A stretch of DNA of 64,000 nucleotides from Macrostomum lignano (lineage: Eukaryota). The notes beneath the pieces are model-generated. The model was not told where the DNA came from. It saw nothing but the letters and a program-made list of their open reading frames with translations, and made no database searches. Numbering within the stretch: position 1 is the first letter of the stretch; each line of letters starts with the position of its first letter. Of the stretch, positions 12,301 through 22,287 are shown one piece after another. Made by a program: the position numbers and the translations under genes. Location of the stretch: assembly GCA_002269645.1 (NCBI GenBank), contig NIVC01000953.1:62001-126000 (forward strand), in the 5' to 3' direction.

Positions 12301-12430
12301 GGCGGTGGGAGGCCTGTACGACATCTCGAACAAGGAGCGCATGGGCCTGACGGAGTTCGAGGCCGTCGGCAAGATGTACCGCGGCATCGGCGAGCTCATC
12401 AAGATGGAGAAAGAACTCGAGGCGAAGTGA
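2276..12430 (+). CDS. Multi-domain arginine kinase (ATP:guanido phosphotransferase), 5'-partial; exons 2276-3355, 5488-6567, 8814-9893, 11517-12430; 1384 aa and at least 4 kinase domains in window
   Basis: AK motifs [46 protein letters not shown] in every unit; each exon is preceded by CCCAG, the first three end TCAG|GT, all introns phase 1 inside the Gly of QSG; only the last exon has a stop (ELEAK*). Confidence 0.9.
3613..4560 (+). mobile_element. tRNA-derived CORE-type SINE with internally expanded minisatellite
   Basis: A box TAGTCTAGTGG (3621-3631), B box GGTTCGATTCT (3664-3674), then TGTGTGCTTGAGCAAGACACTTAACTC..CAGTT..CTGTAAAATTGG (3694-3753) resembling the MIR/CORE domain; 3' limit approximate. 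Confidence 0.7.
3764..4536. repeat. 23-bp minisatellite CAGTGAGAGTCGCCCCACATCCC
   Basis: Direct tandem repetition with GAGAGTCGCC/GATTGTCGTC variants. Confidence 0.95.
4569..5318 (-). mobile_element. Degenerate, 3'-truncated mariner element
   Basis: Frameshifted fragments [12 protein letters not shown] and HDNAPAH...[10 protein letters not shown]; one mariner-type end TA-CGAGGGGCACTACGAAAG on - strand at 5318; no second TIR seen. Confidence 0.85.
5488..6567 (+). CDS. Arginine kinase repeat exon B (1080 nt)
   Basis: ttcccag|GCGTGGAG; CAGTCAG|gtgagt; translation identical to exon A. Confidence 0.93.
7073..7958. repeat. Minisatellite paralogous to 1-1722, with a 72-bp higher-order repeat
   Basis: CACTTGATG marker recurs every 72 bp from 7321 to 7825. 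Confidence 0.92.
7959..8253 (+). mobile_element. hAT-type MITE (295 bp)
   Basis: 14-bp perfect TIR CATACATGCGCAAC / GTTGCGCATGTATG; 8-bp TSD GCTACACT (7951-7958, 8254-8261); empty site in the paralogous intron near 1715. Confidence 0.9.
8814..9893 (+). CDS. Arginine kinase repeat exon C (1080 nt)
   Basis: ttcccag|GCGTAGAG; CAGTCAG|gtgagt; translation identical to exons A and B. Confidence 0.93.
10979..11400. mobile_element. Foldback/MITE-like element with 15-16 bp subrepeats (TGTGATATTTCGGGTT) expanded on the right arm
   Basis: About 3 units CCGAAATATCAC at 10993-11040 face about 20 inverted units at 11078-11390; ends ATGGGG..CATC(G/A)CAAA are roughly inverted. Confidence 0.6.
11517..12430 (+). 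CDS. Arginine kinase terminal exon D
   Basis: ccccag|GCGTTGAG; identical protein to other units up to IKMEK, then ELEAK-TGA. Confidence 0.93.
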
Positions 12431-15377
12431 GCGGCCTGGCTGGATTGAAGTCTTCAAGATTCCAAGATTGACTGCTGTAACGGCTAAATGCGAGCTTTGA
12501 AGACTGAAACTGTTAACACACTGTTCATTTCTCAAATCAAAACATTTCCTTCGTAAGCAAAGTTTTCTGTTAAATTTACACATTCTGAAAAAAAACTATA
12601 GTTAATTCTGGAATTAAATCATTAAAAACTGAGCTGTAGTGGCATTGCTATGCCTAGCCTTTATAGTTTCTCATACACTCTAAATTAAAATTTATACTCA
12701 ACGCACACGCAGATAGAAGTCTTGTTTTTTTCTTGTTTCCTAAAATTCTACTTTAAATAGTGTTGTAGGTTTTTTTGTCCTCTTTATATTAGCAGTGACT
12801 CATTTGAAAGTTTTTTGAAAACGTAGTTTCTGTTTCAGCTAAGTTCATAATCTGTTATAGTAATTAATGTCTCTTTTAGCACAGGTAAATAGAAATGGTT
12901 AGAGTAAATTTCTATTCTCCGCTCTAAGTAAATTATAGCTGCTGCTTAAAGTAATATATAATCATGCGCCTAGCTATTTTTGTTTAAATAATCAAAATAT
13001 ATTGTATAACATCGTAACACAGTTTCACTGTTTTGTTAATTTGATAAAGACGTCGCGAGAAGTTCTGTAACTCTCAAAATTATCGACATGTTGTGGCTTG
13101 CTTTTGGATTTAAGGTTTACTTTAAAGGATTTGGGAAGCGCCGTAACAATTGGCGACAATCGAGCAGCAGACAAGAGAGTGGACCCCTGAGCACGCACAT
13201 GTGTAATGTATAGTGCCTAGATTCTCGAGACATTCTCGTCATCGCATGTTCATGTAATGTACGGATATGTTATTACATGTATATGTATACGCTTTGGGAT
13301 TCATCCTCTGAGCAGAGGTGTTGACTCGCGCTACAAACGCTAGTATAGGTAGAATAAATGCGAACGCACAGTGAAAAGGAAACCAGATAAGTCTGCTGCG
13401 AGAGTTCAAAAGAATTGTATTACTTTTACTTTCTGTGACGGACTGACGGCTCGTCCGTCTGCCCTGTCAATTTATGTACTTTTGGTTTTGATTAATTTTT
13501 ATGATACACTTCTGTTCGTTTGCTCTATGCTAAAAATGAGTTGTCTCCGGGTAAGGTGGGTATCTGTGATTTATTTATTTCAGAAATGATACCATTGTTG
13601 AACCAAGGACTATATAACTAAGTGTTCCTAGTGGTCCTTGTGTTGAACTTTTAGTTCTTTGAGCAAGATAAGATCAATAAAAGCTGGGCAACATATTGTC
13701 TTAAAAAGAGAGCCAAAATAAAGCAGTGCTATTTTTATTTTATGTAGTTTCGTAACAGCTTTACTTACGGCATTTCTGTTTTCAATTGGAAGTAAAAAAG
13801 ATGGCCTTTTATAATATATTTTGTTTATAATATAATGACGCATTTTAAATGCTTGTTTCGTGATTTTGCAAGAAATGCAGCTTTCTATATTGTAAATGCC
13901 TACCCGCTGGGAAAAAACTGACTTACTGCGCCAGGTCGAAGAGCCAAGTAACCTGGCGCATTTGTCACCAACTTGGGCCATGGGTTGTTCGTATGTAAAA
14001 AAACAAAGTTTTAGTGGTATGCTTTTATGAAAGTAATTTAGTGTTCTGTAACAGTTATAAGTAAATAAAGATGTTTATTACATTTTACCTTCCAATAGGT
14101 AAAATCAAATAATTATCCAGTTACTGAGATCGGTGAATTTTTTAAAAAACTTAATCGTGCAAGTGATAATTAACGCGCGCGCGCGATTTGCGATCCGAAT
14201 GATCAATGAATATTTTATAGCTAACTTAAATTAAGCTTTGATTACTTGAAGAGTGTAATTCCATACATAATTTTGTTGTGAAATACGTAATTTGACAATT
14301 CATGAAAACTGAAAAGCACCATTTTTGTCTATACTGTCTACTTTTATATATATATAATACATTATTTATTGTTCACATCATTATCTTATTCGCAAAGCTG
14401 ACTTAAAGACCCTATGCATATAAAATACATCTTAAGTCTGTTAGCTTTGTCTCAAGATGCAAATATAACATTGCATTTAAGTATAATTGCAAAGCTGATT
14501 GTTCCTTATAACCTCTAGACAGAGTAATTTAATTTCATTACTGGGATAGATCATTGGAGCTGTTTATTCTATGTCATGTGTGTGAACCTAATGTATTTGA
14601 TATGCTTTTAAATTTTGAAAATATAAACCAGAGTAGATTTAAAGTGTAGGCCCCAAATGTTTAGATACTCGAATATAATTCAGTGTTGCAAAAAGATAAA
14701 AAGTAATTTGAACCTAAAAAGTGAAAATGAAATGGAAATGAAAAACTATATCGATGATAATTGTGGTATATATACATATATATGTATTATTAGTACTAAT
14801 TTACTACTAATATTAAATTGGGGCCTATTATCATTAGTATTAGTATTTATATATTTGGATTTACTATTATGTAGTGTTGCTGAGAAGTTGCTATTAGATA
14901 TGCAATAATTATGTATTGCATTGCTTATTGTATTGCAAATACTTTAGACACATTAGGACACTTTAATTAAAGCTATACTAGTTTGCCTAATCTTGTTCTT
15001 TGCTATATGTCGATATTTACAACGAAGTGTTGGTATTTATTGATGAATTCAAATTAGCTTTATGAAATTTTTAATACTTTTCTTAATGTATTTTAAATGC
15101 TAAAAGTAATGGCTTAACATGTTTAGAAGTTTAACATGTTTCTGTCTGTCTGATTATATGTTCATTGTCAAGTTGTGCTTCCTCTTTATTTTTTGCAAAA
15201 AATTTTTTGCTAAATATATAATTTAATATAATAAACAAATTCATCAGATGCAAACATTGTACAACCAATTATTTCCTTTAGATGTATACTATTCATTTGC
15301 TATAATTTTATATTGAAACACAAGTTTGATTTATTCACTATATTAATGTATGAATTGTCACATACTACCACCAGATA

Positions 15378-18300
15378 ATGTTTCATGGATGGTCAGTTCC
15401 AACTGACAAGAGAGTCAGCTACTGGACTCAGCGCCGTCGTCGATTGGCTAGTCAAGCTGCCTCTGGTGCTGCTCAGCAAGGTGATTCGGCGGCCCCTGAC
15501 TCCAATGTATTCTCTGAAGCAGCAGGTTCTTCCCGAAAACAATTCCGTAGGATGGAGGATAAGCAAAATTGTGGAACACCTATGTGGCCTGAGTTAGAGG
15601 ATGAGCATGAGTTAGAGCCAGAGCGTGAGCATGGTTTAGAGCCAGAGCGTGAGCATGAGTTAGAGCCAGAGCGTGAGCATGGTTTAGAGCCAGAGCGTGA
15701 GCATGGGTTAGAGCCAGAGCGTGAGCATGGGTTAGAGCCAGAGCGTGAGCATGGGTTAGAGCCAGAGCGTGAGCATGGTTTAGAGCCAGAGCGTGAGCAT
15801 GGGTTAGAGCCAGAGCGTGAGCATGGGTTAGAGCCAGAGCGTGAGCATGGTTTAGAGCCAGAGCGTGAGCATGGGTTAGAGCCAGAGCGTGAGCATAGTT
15901 TAGAGCCAGAGCGTGAGCATGGGTTAGAGCCAGAGCGTGAGCATGGTTTAGAGCCAGAGCGTGAGCATGTGTTAGAGCCAGAGCGTGAGCATGGGTTAGA
16001 GCCAGAGCGTGAGCATGGTTTAGAGCCAGAGCGTGAGCATGGGTTAGAGCCAGAGCGTGAGCATGGGTTAGAGCCAGAGCGTGAGCATGGGTTAGAGCCA
16101 GAGCGTGAGCATGAGTTAGATGGGTTGGAGCAACCGCAGCAGGAGTCTCATGTGGATGGCGAGCTGGAGCCAGAGGACGTGATGGTTGCAGTTTTTGTCT
16201 CGGATGAGTCTTCGACTGCAGACACAGACAGCTTTGTCGAAGAAATGTCAGAGCCAGAACGGACAAACGAGGAGCCACTTGATGATCCGGCAGATGATCC
16301 CGAGCCCGCTGGGATGGGTGCTGCATTGTATCCCGAGTGCCGATCGACTAAATTACAGTGCGCTATCATCTTGGCCGAGTGTTCAGCGAGGTTGGGACTG
16401 TCTCGGGCTGAGACCAGCGATTGGCTCCGAGCCAGCGAATGTCTGCTTCCACCGGGCACAACATCGTTTAAGAGCAGCTACGACCTCTGGCGGCACTTCC
16501 CTCGGCCTCGCATCAGCCAGAAGTTCATTTACTGCAGTGAGTGCAGCAATGAGCTGGAAGAAGGATTAGCCTGTCAATCATGTGACGCGACAACAAAGAT
16601 TGACTTCATGGTCTTTGACAACTGCGTGCTGTTTTACAATCTAATGTTCATGAGTGCATCACGTTCCCCATTGACTGCACTGCCGATGGCTCCCATAGTT
16701 CGATGGCGAACAGTACCATGTACCGTTCACTGATTGATCGATTTGGCAGGGAGCGTCTGGAGCGTAAGACTGACCTGACGTATTCTCTGTCTATGGATGC
16801 GTTCCCATTGTTTTCAACTAGTCCCTTCAGCATCACACCTGTGTATCTCACCATAAATGAAATGCCACGTGACTTGCAGCTTACCAATTCAGTACTTGTG
16901 GGGCTGTGGTACGGCAACGGCAAAAAGGCCAATTGCAATTTGTTCCTGCCAAAGGTAATTGATGCACTGAATTCGATTGCAGAAGTTGGCTTCATTGTGG
17001 TACGCGAGGGAATTGAGCAACGTATGTATATGCACCCATTGAAGTTTCTGATGGACGCCCCTCAGCGTGCGGATGCTTTAAAGCTGCAGCAGTTCAATGG
17101 GATGCATGGGTGCGACAACTGCTACCATCAGTCTTTCCCTATTCCAGGACGAGAGGCAGCTCGATATTACCCTGTGCACTGCCCTGTCGAAGCAGAGATT
17201 TGCTCAACGCTTCTTGACTATGGATGCCAACCGCAAGAGAATTTGCTACGCTCTGCATCGGACACCTTCCAGTTGGCCGAGTCTGTGAGTGAGCAGCGCA
17301 TGCGGCAGCCGCTCCTCGGCGTGAAGGGATTATCTTGCTTGAGCCAATTACGAGGCTTCGATTTTATTGTACAAACCCCGCCCTGTTCGTTGCACGCGCT
17401 TTATCTGGGTCTGCAGCGCTGGCTCATGCGCGTGCTGTTCCTGCCATCAACAGACAAAGAGCGCCCTAAGTTGCAGCGCTTTGACAGCCCAAATTTGCAC
17501 CACATCCTCACAGAGGTAGACGTTGCTGTCAAAGCCGTCGTGCTGCCGAGTGCTGCGGTCCAACGCACCCCGGCGCGTTCGCTGTGTGACCTTAAGCATT
17601 TCAGGGGTCACGAGTACCAAGTCTGGCTGTTAGTTCTTGGACCACTGGTTCTTCGTCTCTATGTTGACGACATTCTGTACGACGCCGTCGTGATGCTCTC
17701 CAGTGCCTGTTATTGGCTCACACTGCCTGGAGCTCCACAGATGGAAGTGGAACGCGCGCAACATTCCCTAAGTGTTGCACAGGATCTGTTCAAGCGTCAC
17801 TTCGGCGAGTCGTTTCTCACGTACAACTCTCATCAAGTTTTCCACCATCTAGTTGCCGCTGTGATCAACTTCGGGCCACTGGGGGATCTGAGCGCAGGAA
17901 TTTACGAAACATGCCACCAGAGGCTGCGATCGATGATTCATGGATGCCAAAAAATGGACGTAGAAATTCGAAACAGAATCAGTCGGCGACTAGGCATGCT
18001 GCAGCTGAAAGAGACACTACCTGCAGAGATGAGGCTGCAAATCCGTGAAGCGCAACGGCGCCCGGTACGGAAGACTGCGGCAGGAATTGAATTTTCCGGT
18101 GCGAACCCTGCCAAACTGGTTAAAGCTATCATTCCAACTTCAATGGGGCGCTTGCAAGTCCAATGCTTCCGTAGGGATCGTAGAATCCGGCCATCAAATG
18201 CATTCTTGCAATTCAAACACCCAGTTAACGGTGGCAATGCCTACGGTCGAGTTGAATGCATCAGCCTACAGAACGACGAAATTATTCTGACGCTCAAGGT

Positions 18301-18529
18301 CCTTCCGACAGTTGCACTTGCTGACTGTGACCCATCGCAGAAGTACGACGCTGAACATCAGGGCTGCACTGTTGGACATATTCGTGACTTCCATGCCGAT
18401 GTGAACCCATTTGATGCAGAGGGTGAAGGGGAAGTCGTGCTCATTGCTGCCACTGCCATTACGGCTCATTGCGCTGTCACTCGTCGGCAGCTGGCTATTC
18501 TGCCCTGTATTCAGTCTGCATCATCGTAA
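15378..18529 (+). CDS. EnSpm/CACTA transposase (about 1050 aa) split by one frameshift near 16617-16620 (ORFs 15378-16733 and 16703-18529)
   Basis: CxxC..CxxC (YCSEC..ACQSC); SMDAFPLF..INEMP..GLWYG; LMDAPQR..QFNGMHGCDNC; LHALYLG; FRGHE; SAGIYE match the Transposase_21/EnSpm pattern. Confidence 0.85.
15603..16106 (+). repeat. Coding 24-bp minisatellite, (EHGLEPER)x21, inside the transposase N-terminal ORF
   Basis: 504 bp = 21 x 24 bp, in frame. Confidence 0.95.
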
Positions 18530-19330
18530 AAGTATGCCAATCTGTGCCCGCTGGCTTTTCACCTCTATTGTGAAAAGAGATGAAATGGCCTACCACTCTC
18601 CATCTTAACCCATCCAACAAAACGTAGCTGGCGGATGACGTTAATGGTTGCTTGGCGACGGTGGTTAAGGACAGATCATGGCCTTCGAGACCACGGGTGT
18701 GATAGCTTATTGAAAAACTATTTGAGCGAACTTTCTTGACAACCAATTTGGACAGATGCACAGACCCTACGGCTTTACTTCCAAACCCCTGTCATCGCGG
18801 TTCCCCCCGGGCCCCGCTCCCAAATCCCAGACGCCCCCCCAAGTCACCCGAAGCTCTACTTTTCAACCGAGTCTATTCCCCTGATAGCTCATCGCTACAG
18901 TACCTGGTTGCCGCAGCACACGCCACCCGCACGCGTTTGAGGTCGCCAGCACCATAGACCGTCGCCAGCTATGCAACACATTTCATTTATTTGCTCTATT
19001 CAGTTGTTTACTCATCTGTGTTAACTGCTTTGCTCACCCTTTGCTTATCGATTCGATTATTATTTATTTTCTTTTATTTCCTTGCATGCTAAAATAAAAT
19101 CGTGCGTGTGCTAACCATGTGCAACTTTCAACCAAATTCTACGTTTGTTCATCCTTTATAAAGCACAATGTAGCTAGCTATATTAATGCGACAGCTGCAG
19201 GCGAAAATATGAAACTGAGGCTGGGGAAGTGTAGTCAATTATAGGAACTTTCGGGCAAATTAGTCGATATTTGGGCAGAGAAATCAATTACCCAGCTCAA
19301 TCAATTATTCTCGGGATTTCCTTATTGCAG

Positions 19331-20818
19331 AAAGTGTACAATGGAAAGCGCATTTGTTATCCAGCTGACACAAGGGTCGAAAGAAATTATGGCTGCCGCG
19401 ATATCCTGCATAATCGTAGAGTCAACTGCAGCCACGAAAGTCTGCTATGGAACGAAAGCCTCCGTACAGCTTGGAGACAAACTGCACCAGTGCATGGTGC
19501 TTACCGAGGCGCTTCCGACAACTGAGTTGGCAAGCTCCGTGGCCAGCACTATAAGCAAGGTGAGAAGCTTCTGTTAAATGATGTTGACATTACAATGCAT
19601 GTATTCATATATGGATATTATAATTGCATTATATAATTATAATATGCAATGCTCCTACGTTCATATAATCAGGTTTGCAGAACGAGCAGCAATGCCGGCC
19701 AGCCTACAAGACAGGTGCCTCTGCCACAACAGTGCAGGAGGTGCCAAGTGTTGGACGCGGAGGTGAAGCAGCTACGGACCGAACTCGACGAGTGCCACAG
19801 AGAGATGCGCAGGGAGCTCAGCGTGCTCGAAGAAATAAGCAGGCACAATCTCCTGGGCAAGGTCGATGACATCTGGAACGCTGTCAGATCAGGCTCGTCA
19901 GCTCAGGCTACAATATCAGGTGCCATTGACCTGCAACGTAGCCCATTGGACGGCAACAGAAACGACGCCGTGAACGAGGCTGTATGCACCACCGAGGCCA
20001 ACACCATTGCTTTAAGCGACCATCTCCCGGCGATCAGAATTCAGTGCAGTCTACTGACCGCGGCAACTGCAAAAGTCGTCGGGATGCCGGTTGCTAAGGC
20101 GTTAGACGCATTGACGCGATCGCTTTTAGATGCTCTTGTCCCAGTAGAAGAGCGCCAGACTAAGTCATTGCTTCCTGTTTGTAAAGTTAAGTGTCAAACG
20201 ATATATTCAACAAAAAAGTTTACGAGCGTACATGCACATTTTTTATTTCACACTGCAATTCCTACAACCATCCTTGCCAAAATTATCATCCCACCTTTCC
20301 CTAGAAACCAAACAAAGAAATGCATTTCATAAACTTAAAATCAACCTTCAGGTGGAAACCCCGGCAGGAGTCCGCGCCTCGAGGATGTCATCGCTGACAG
20401 GGCATACGACCCTAGAGCTACGGCGATTGCTGCATTCGTTATCAAGCAGCTGGATGGGGTCACCCTGGCCGACGGATTCAGGGCGGTGAGAAAAGTTCTC
20501 CGATACGATCGCAAGGCGAGAAGTCGAACGATACGGCTGCAGGCAGTTTCTGCTATACCTACATCCTCAGCTTCTGCTGCAGCTGCATCCTCAGCTTCTG
20601 CTGCAGCTGCATCGTCAGCTTCTGCTGCAGCTGCATCGTCAGCTTCTGCTGCAGCATCCTCGATGGCCCAGGCCAACTACTGCGAGTCGACAAAGCCCAA
20701 ACATCCTCGACTGCTGCATACACAAATGGGCAACATTTCCCCAACGCCAACAAACGACAGCTTCACGACGTGCTTCAGCCAAGTCGATGGAGAACTTATC
20801 AATATGATAGAATTGTGA
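19331..20818 (+). CDS. Transposon accessory protein, coiled coil plus BEN-like domain; exons 19331-19559, 19673-20180, 20352-20818; start uncertain
   Basis: Phase-compatible junctions AAG|gtgag..cag|GTT (phase 0) and T|gtaaag..cag|GT (phase 1); ALTRSLLDALVPVEE..SLL..G..G..RL..AIAAFV resembles BEN domains. Confidence 0.6.
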
Positions 20819-22287
20819 GACAATTGATTTTTTACTAACAACTTTTTGCCTCTTATCGTTAAGTTATCACGAATTTAGTGCTGTTTGCAGCCACGCACTA
20901 ATTGCTTTTTTGTTTTGTTTTTTTCTGTTTTTTCTTTTGTTCTTCATTTTTGCTTCTTTACATATACATAACTGCTGTTCACATGGTGACCGCGGTCAGT
21001 GAAAGTCTGTGAAAGTAAAAAGCAATAGAAAAAATGGGGAAGCCAGATAAACTGAGAGCACAATCAGGGATTTTTTCTTGCGTTTCACACATTTTGTGAA
21101 TGTTGCGTTTACTGCCATTCTCATACATGTAGAGTTATATTGCAATAGTTACGTCAATGTTTATTGAATTTTAAAAATCCTCTTCACAAGTGGCCACTGT
21201 TTCTAGAGTCACCCTCCACAAGGTTTTCAGCTGATTAAGCAAAGCGCGTATCCATTGTGAAAGTATACTAGCTGTAGATCCAGAAAATTTTTTCACATTG
21301 TCTTGAAATTACAAGTTCGCATGTATCTCCTCTTTGCAATCAATGTATGCTCGTGTATACTTTTTGAAAAGGTTTTAAGATGTGCGTAATTTACATGCGC
21401 ACCACAAAAATATAAAACGATTGCTTTTGCCGTTACATAACAAAAAATTACGCAAAATTATGAAAATGCTACTGCTATTTTATTAACAGTGATCTTGCAT
21501 TGCATTGTTTGTCTTTTTAGACGGAAGGAGACGTTAATTATCTCTAATTTATAGCGCCTGCCTATGTACATGATGCAAATTATAAACTGAGCACGTAATC
21601 AAGTCGTGTTTGTGTACACATACAAGGGAAAATCATTTAGTTTGGAAAAAAATCTATGCAACTAAATTTATAGTAGTACAAATTTCATACTTGCTACTGA
21701 CGTTCAGTAGTTTGAATAGTATGCTGAACTGCTTTCTGTGCGCGTGCAAAATTCTGGGTCACTTTATGCCACGTCGGCGCCGCGTTGCCAAGTTGGTGCC
21801 AAGTTCTTAACGGCTTCCGATTGGTTTGTCGTCGTGGCGCTAACCTGGCGCAGACTGAGCCGCTCAACCCGGCGCATCCACCAACATTTTTCCCAGCGGG
21901 TAGCGCCGTGACGCTTTTAGTTGTATGATTGTATCCTATATGAATGAGAGATTATTTTTATGGTTATTATTTTGCAAATAATTCTACCCAAGAAATTCAT
22001 ATATTGACTCTTGACTGGAAAGTCAAGCCTACTACTACTAGTTGGCAGTTGCCTTCCTTCAGCGTTCAGCTTCAGCCTAAGCTTAGACTCAGAGCTCTGC
22101 TGAGTCAGACTGTAGTGTAGGCCTAGTCGTGTGTGTAGGCACTGACTGCCTATAGCAAATCTGTCATAACTCTCAGTGCTTTCACTAGCTAGGATAAGCG
22201 GCCTATGCAAAGGAATTTTTGTTAACCTAACCTTTATTGGTGAGAAATTAAATTCTAGCTTGTTTACTTTAATGTAAGCAATTTAAT

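Larger units (their letters stand above)
13903..21900 (+). mobile_element. Full-length CACTA/EnSpm (CMC) DNA transposon, 7998 bp
   Basis: 14-bp TIR CCCGCTGGGAAAAA at both ends, TA on both flanks (2-bp TSD), subterminal ACCTGGCGCA motifs in both orientations, internal EnSpm-type transposase. Confidence 0.88.

Noticed and set aside
2230-12430. Four separate single-domain arginine kinase genes
   Set aside because: Blocks begin at residue G-VENLD with no N-terminus, three run into the N-terminus of another domain and end at GT donors; only the last has a proper stop
2239-12583. Long antisense and alternative-frame ORFs over the kinase exons (e.g. 2239-3273, 2712-3347, 11492-12583)
   Set aside because: Shadow ORFs caused by very high GC3 in the real frame
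13628-13981. 117-aa ORF
   Set aside because: Straddles the transposon's left TIR and AT-rich flank; no recognisable motif
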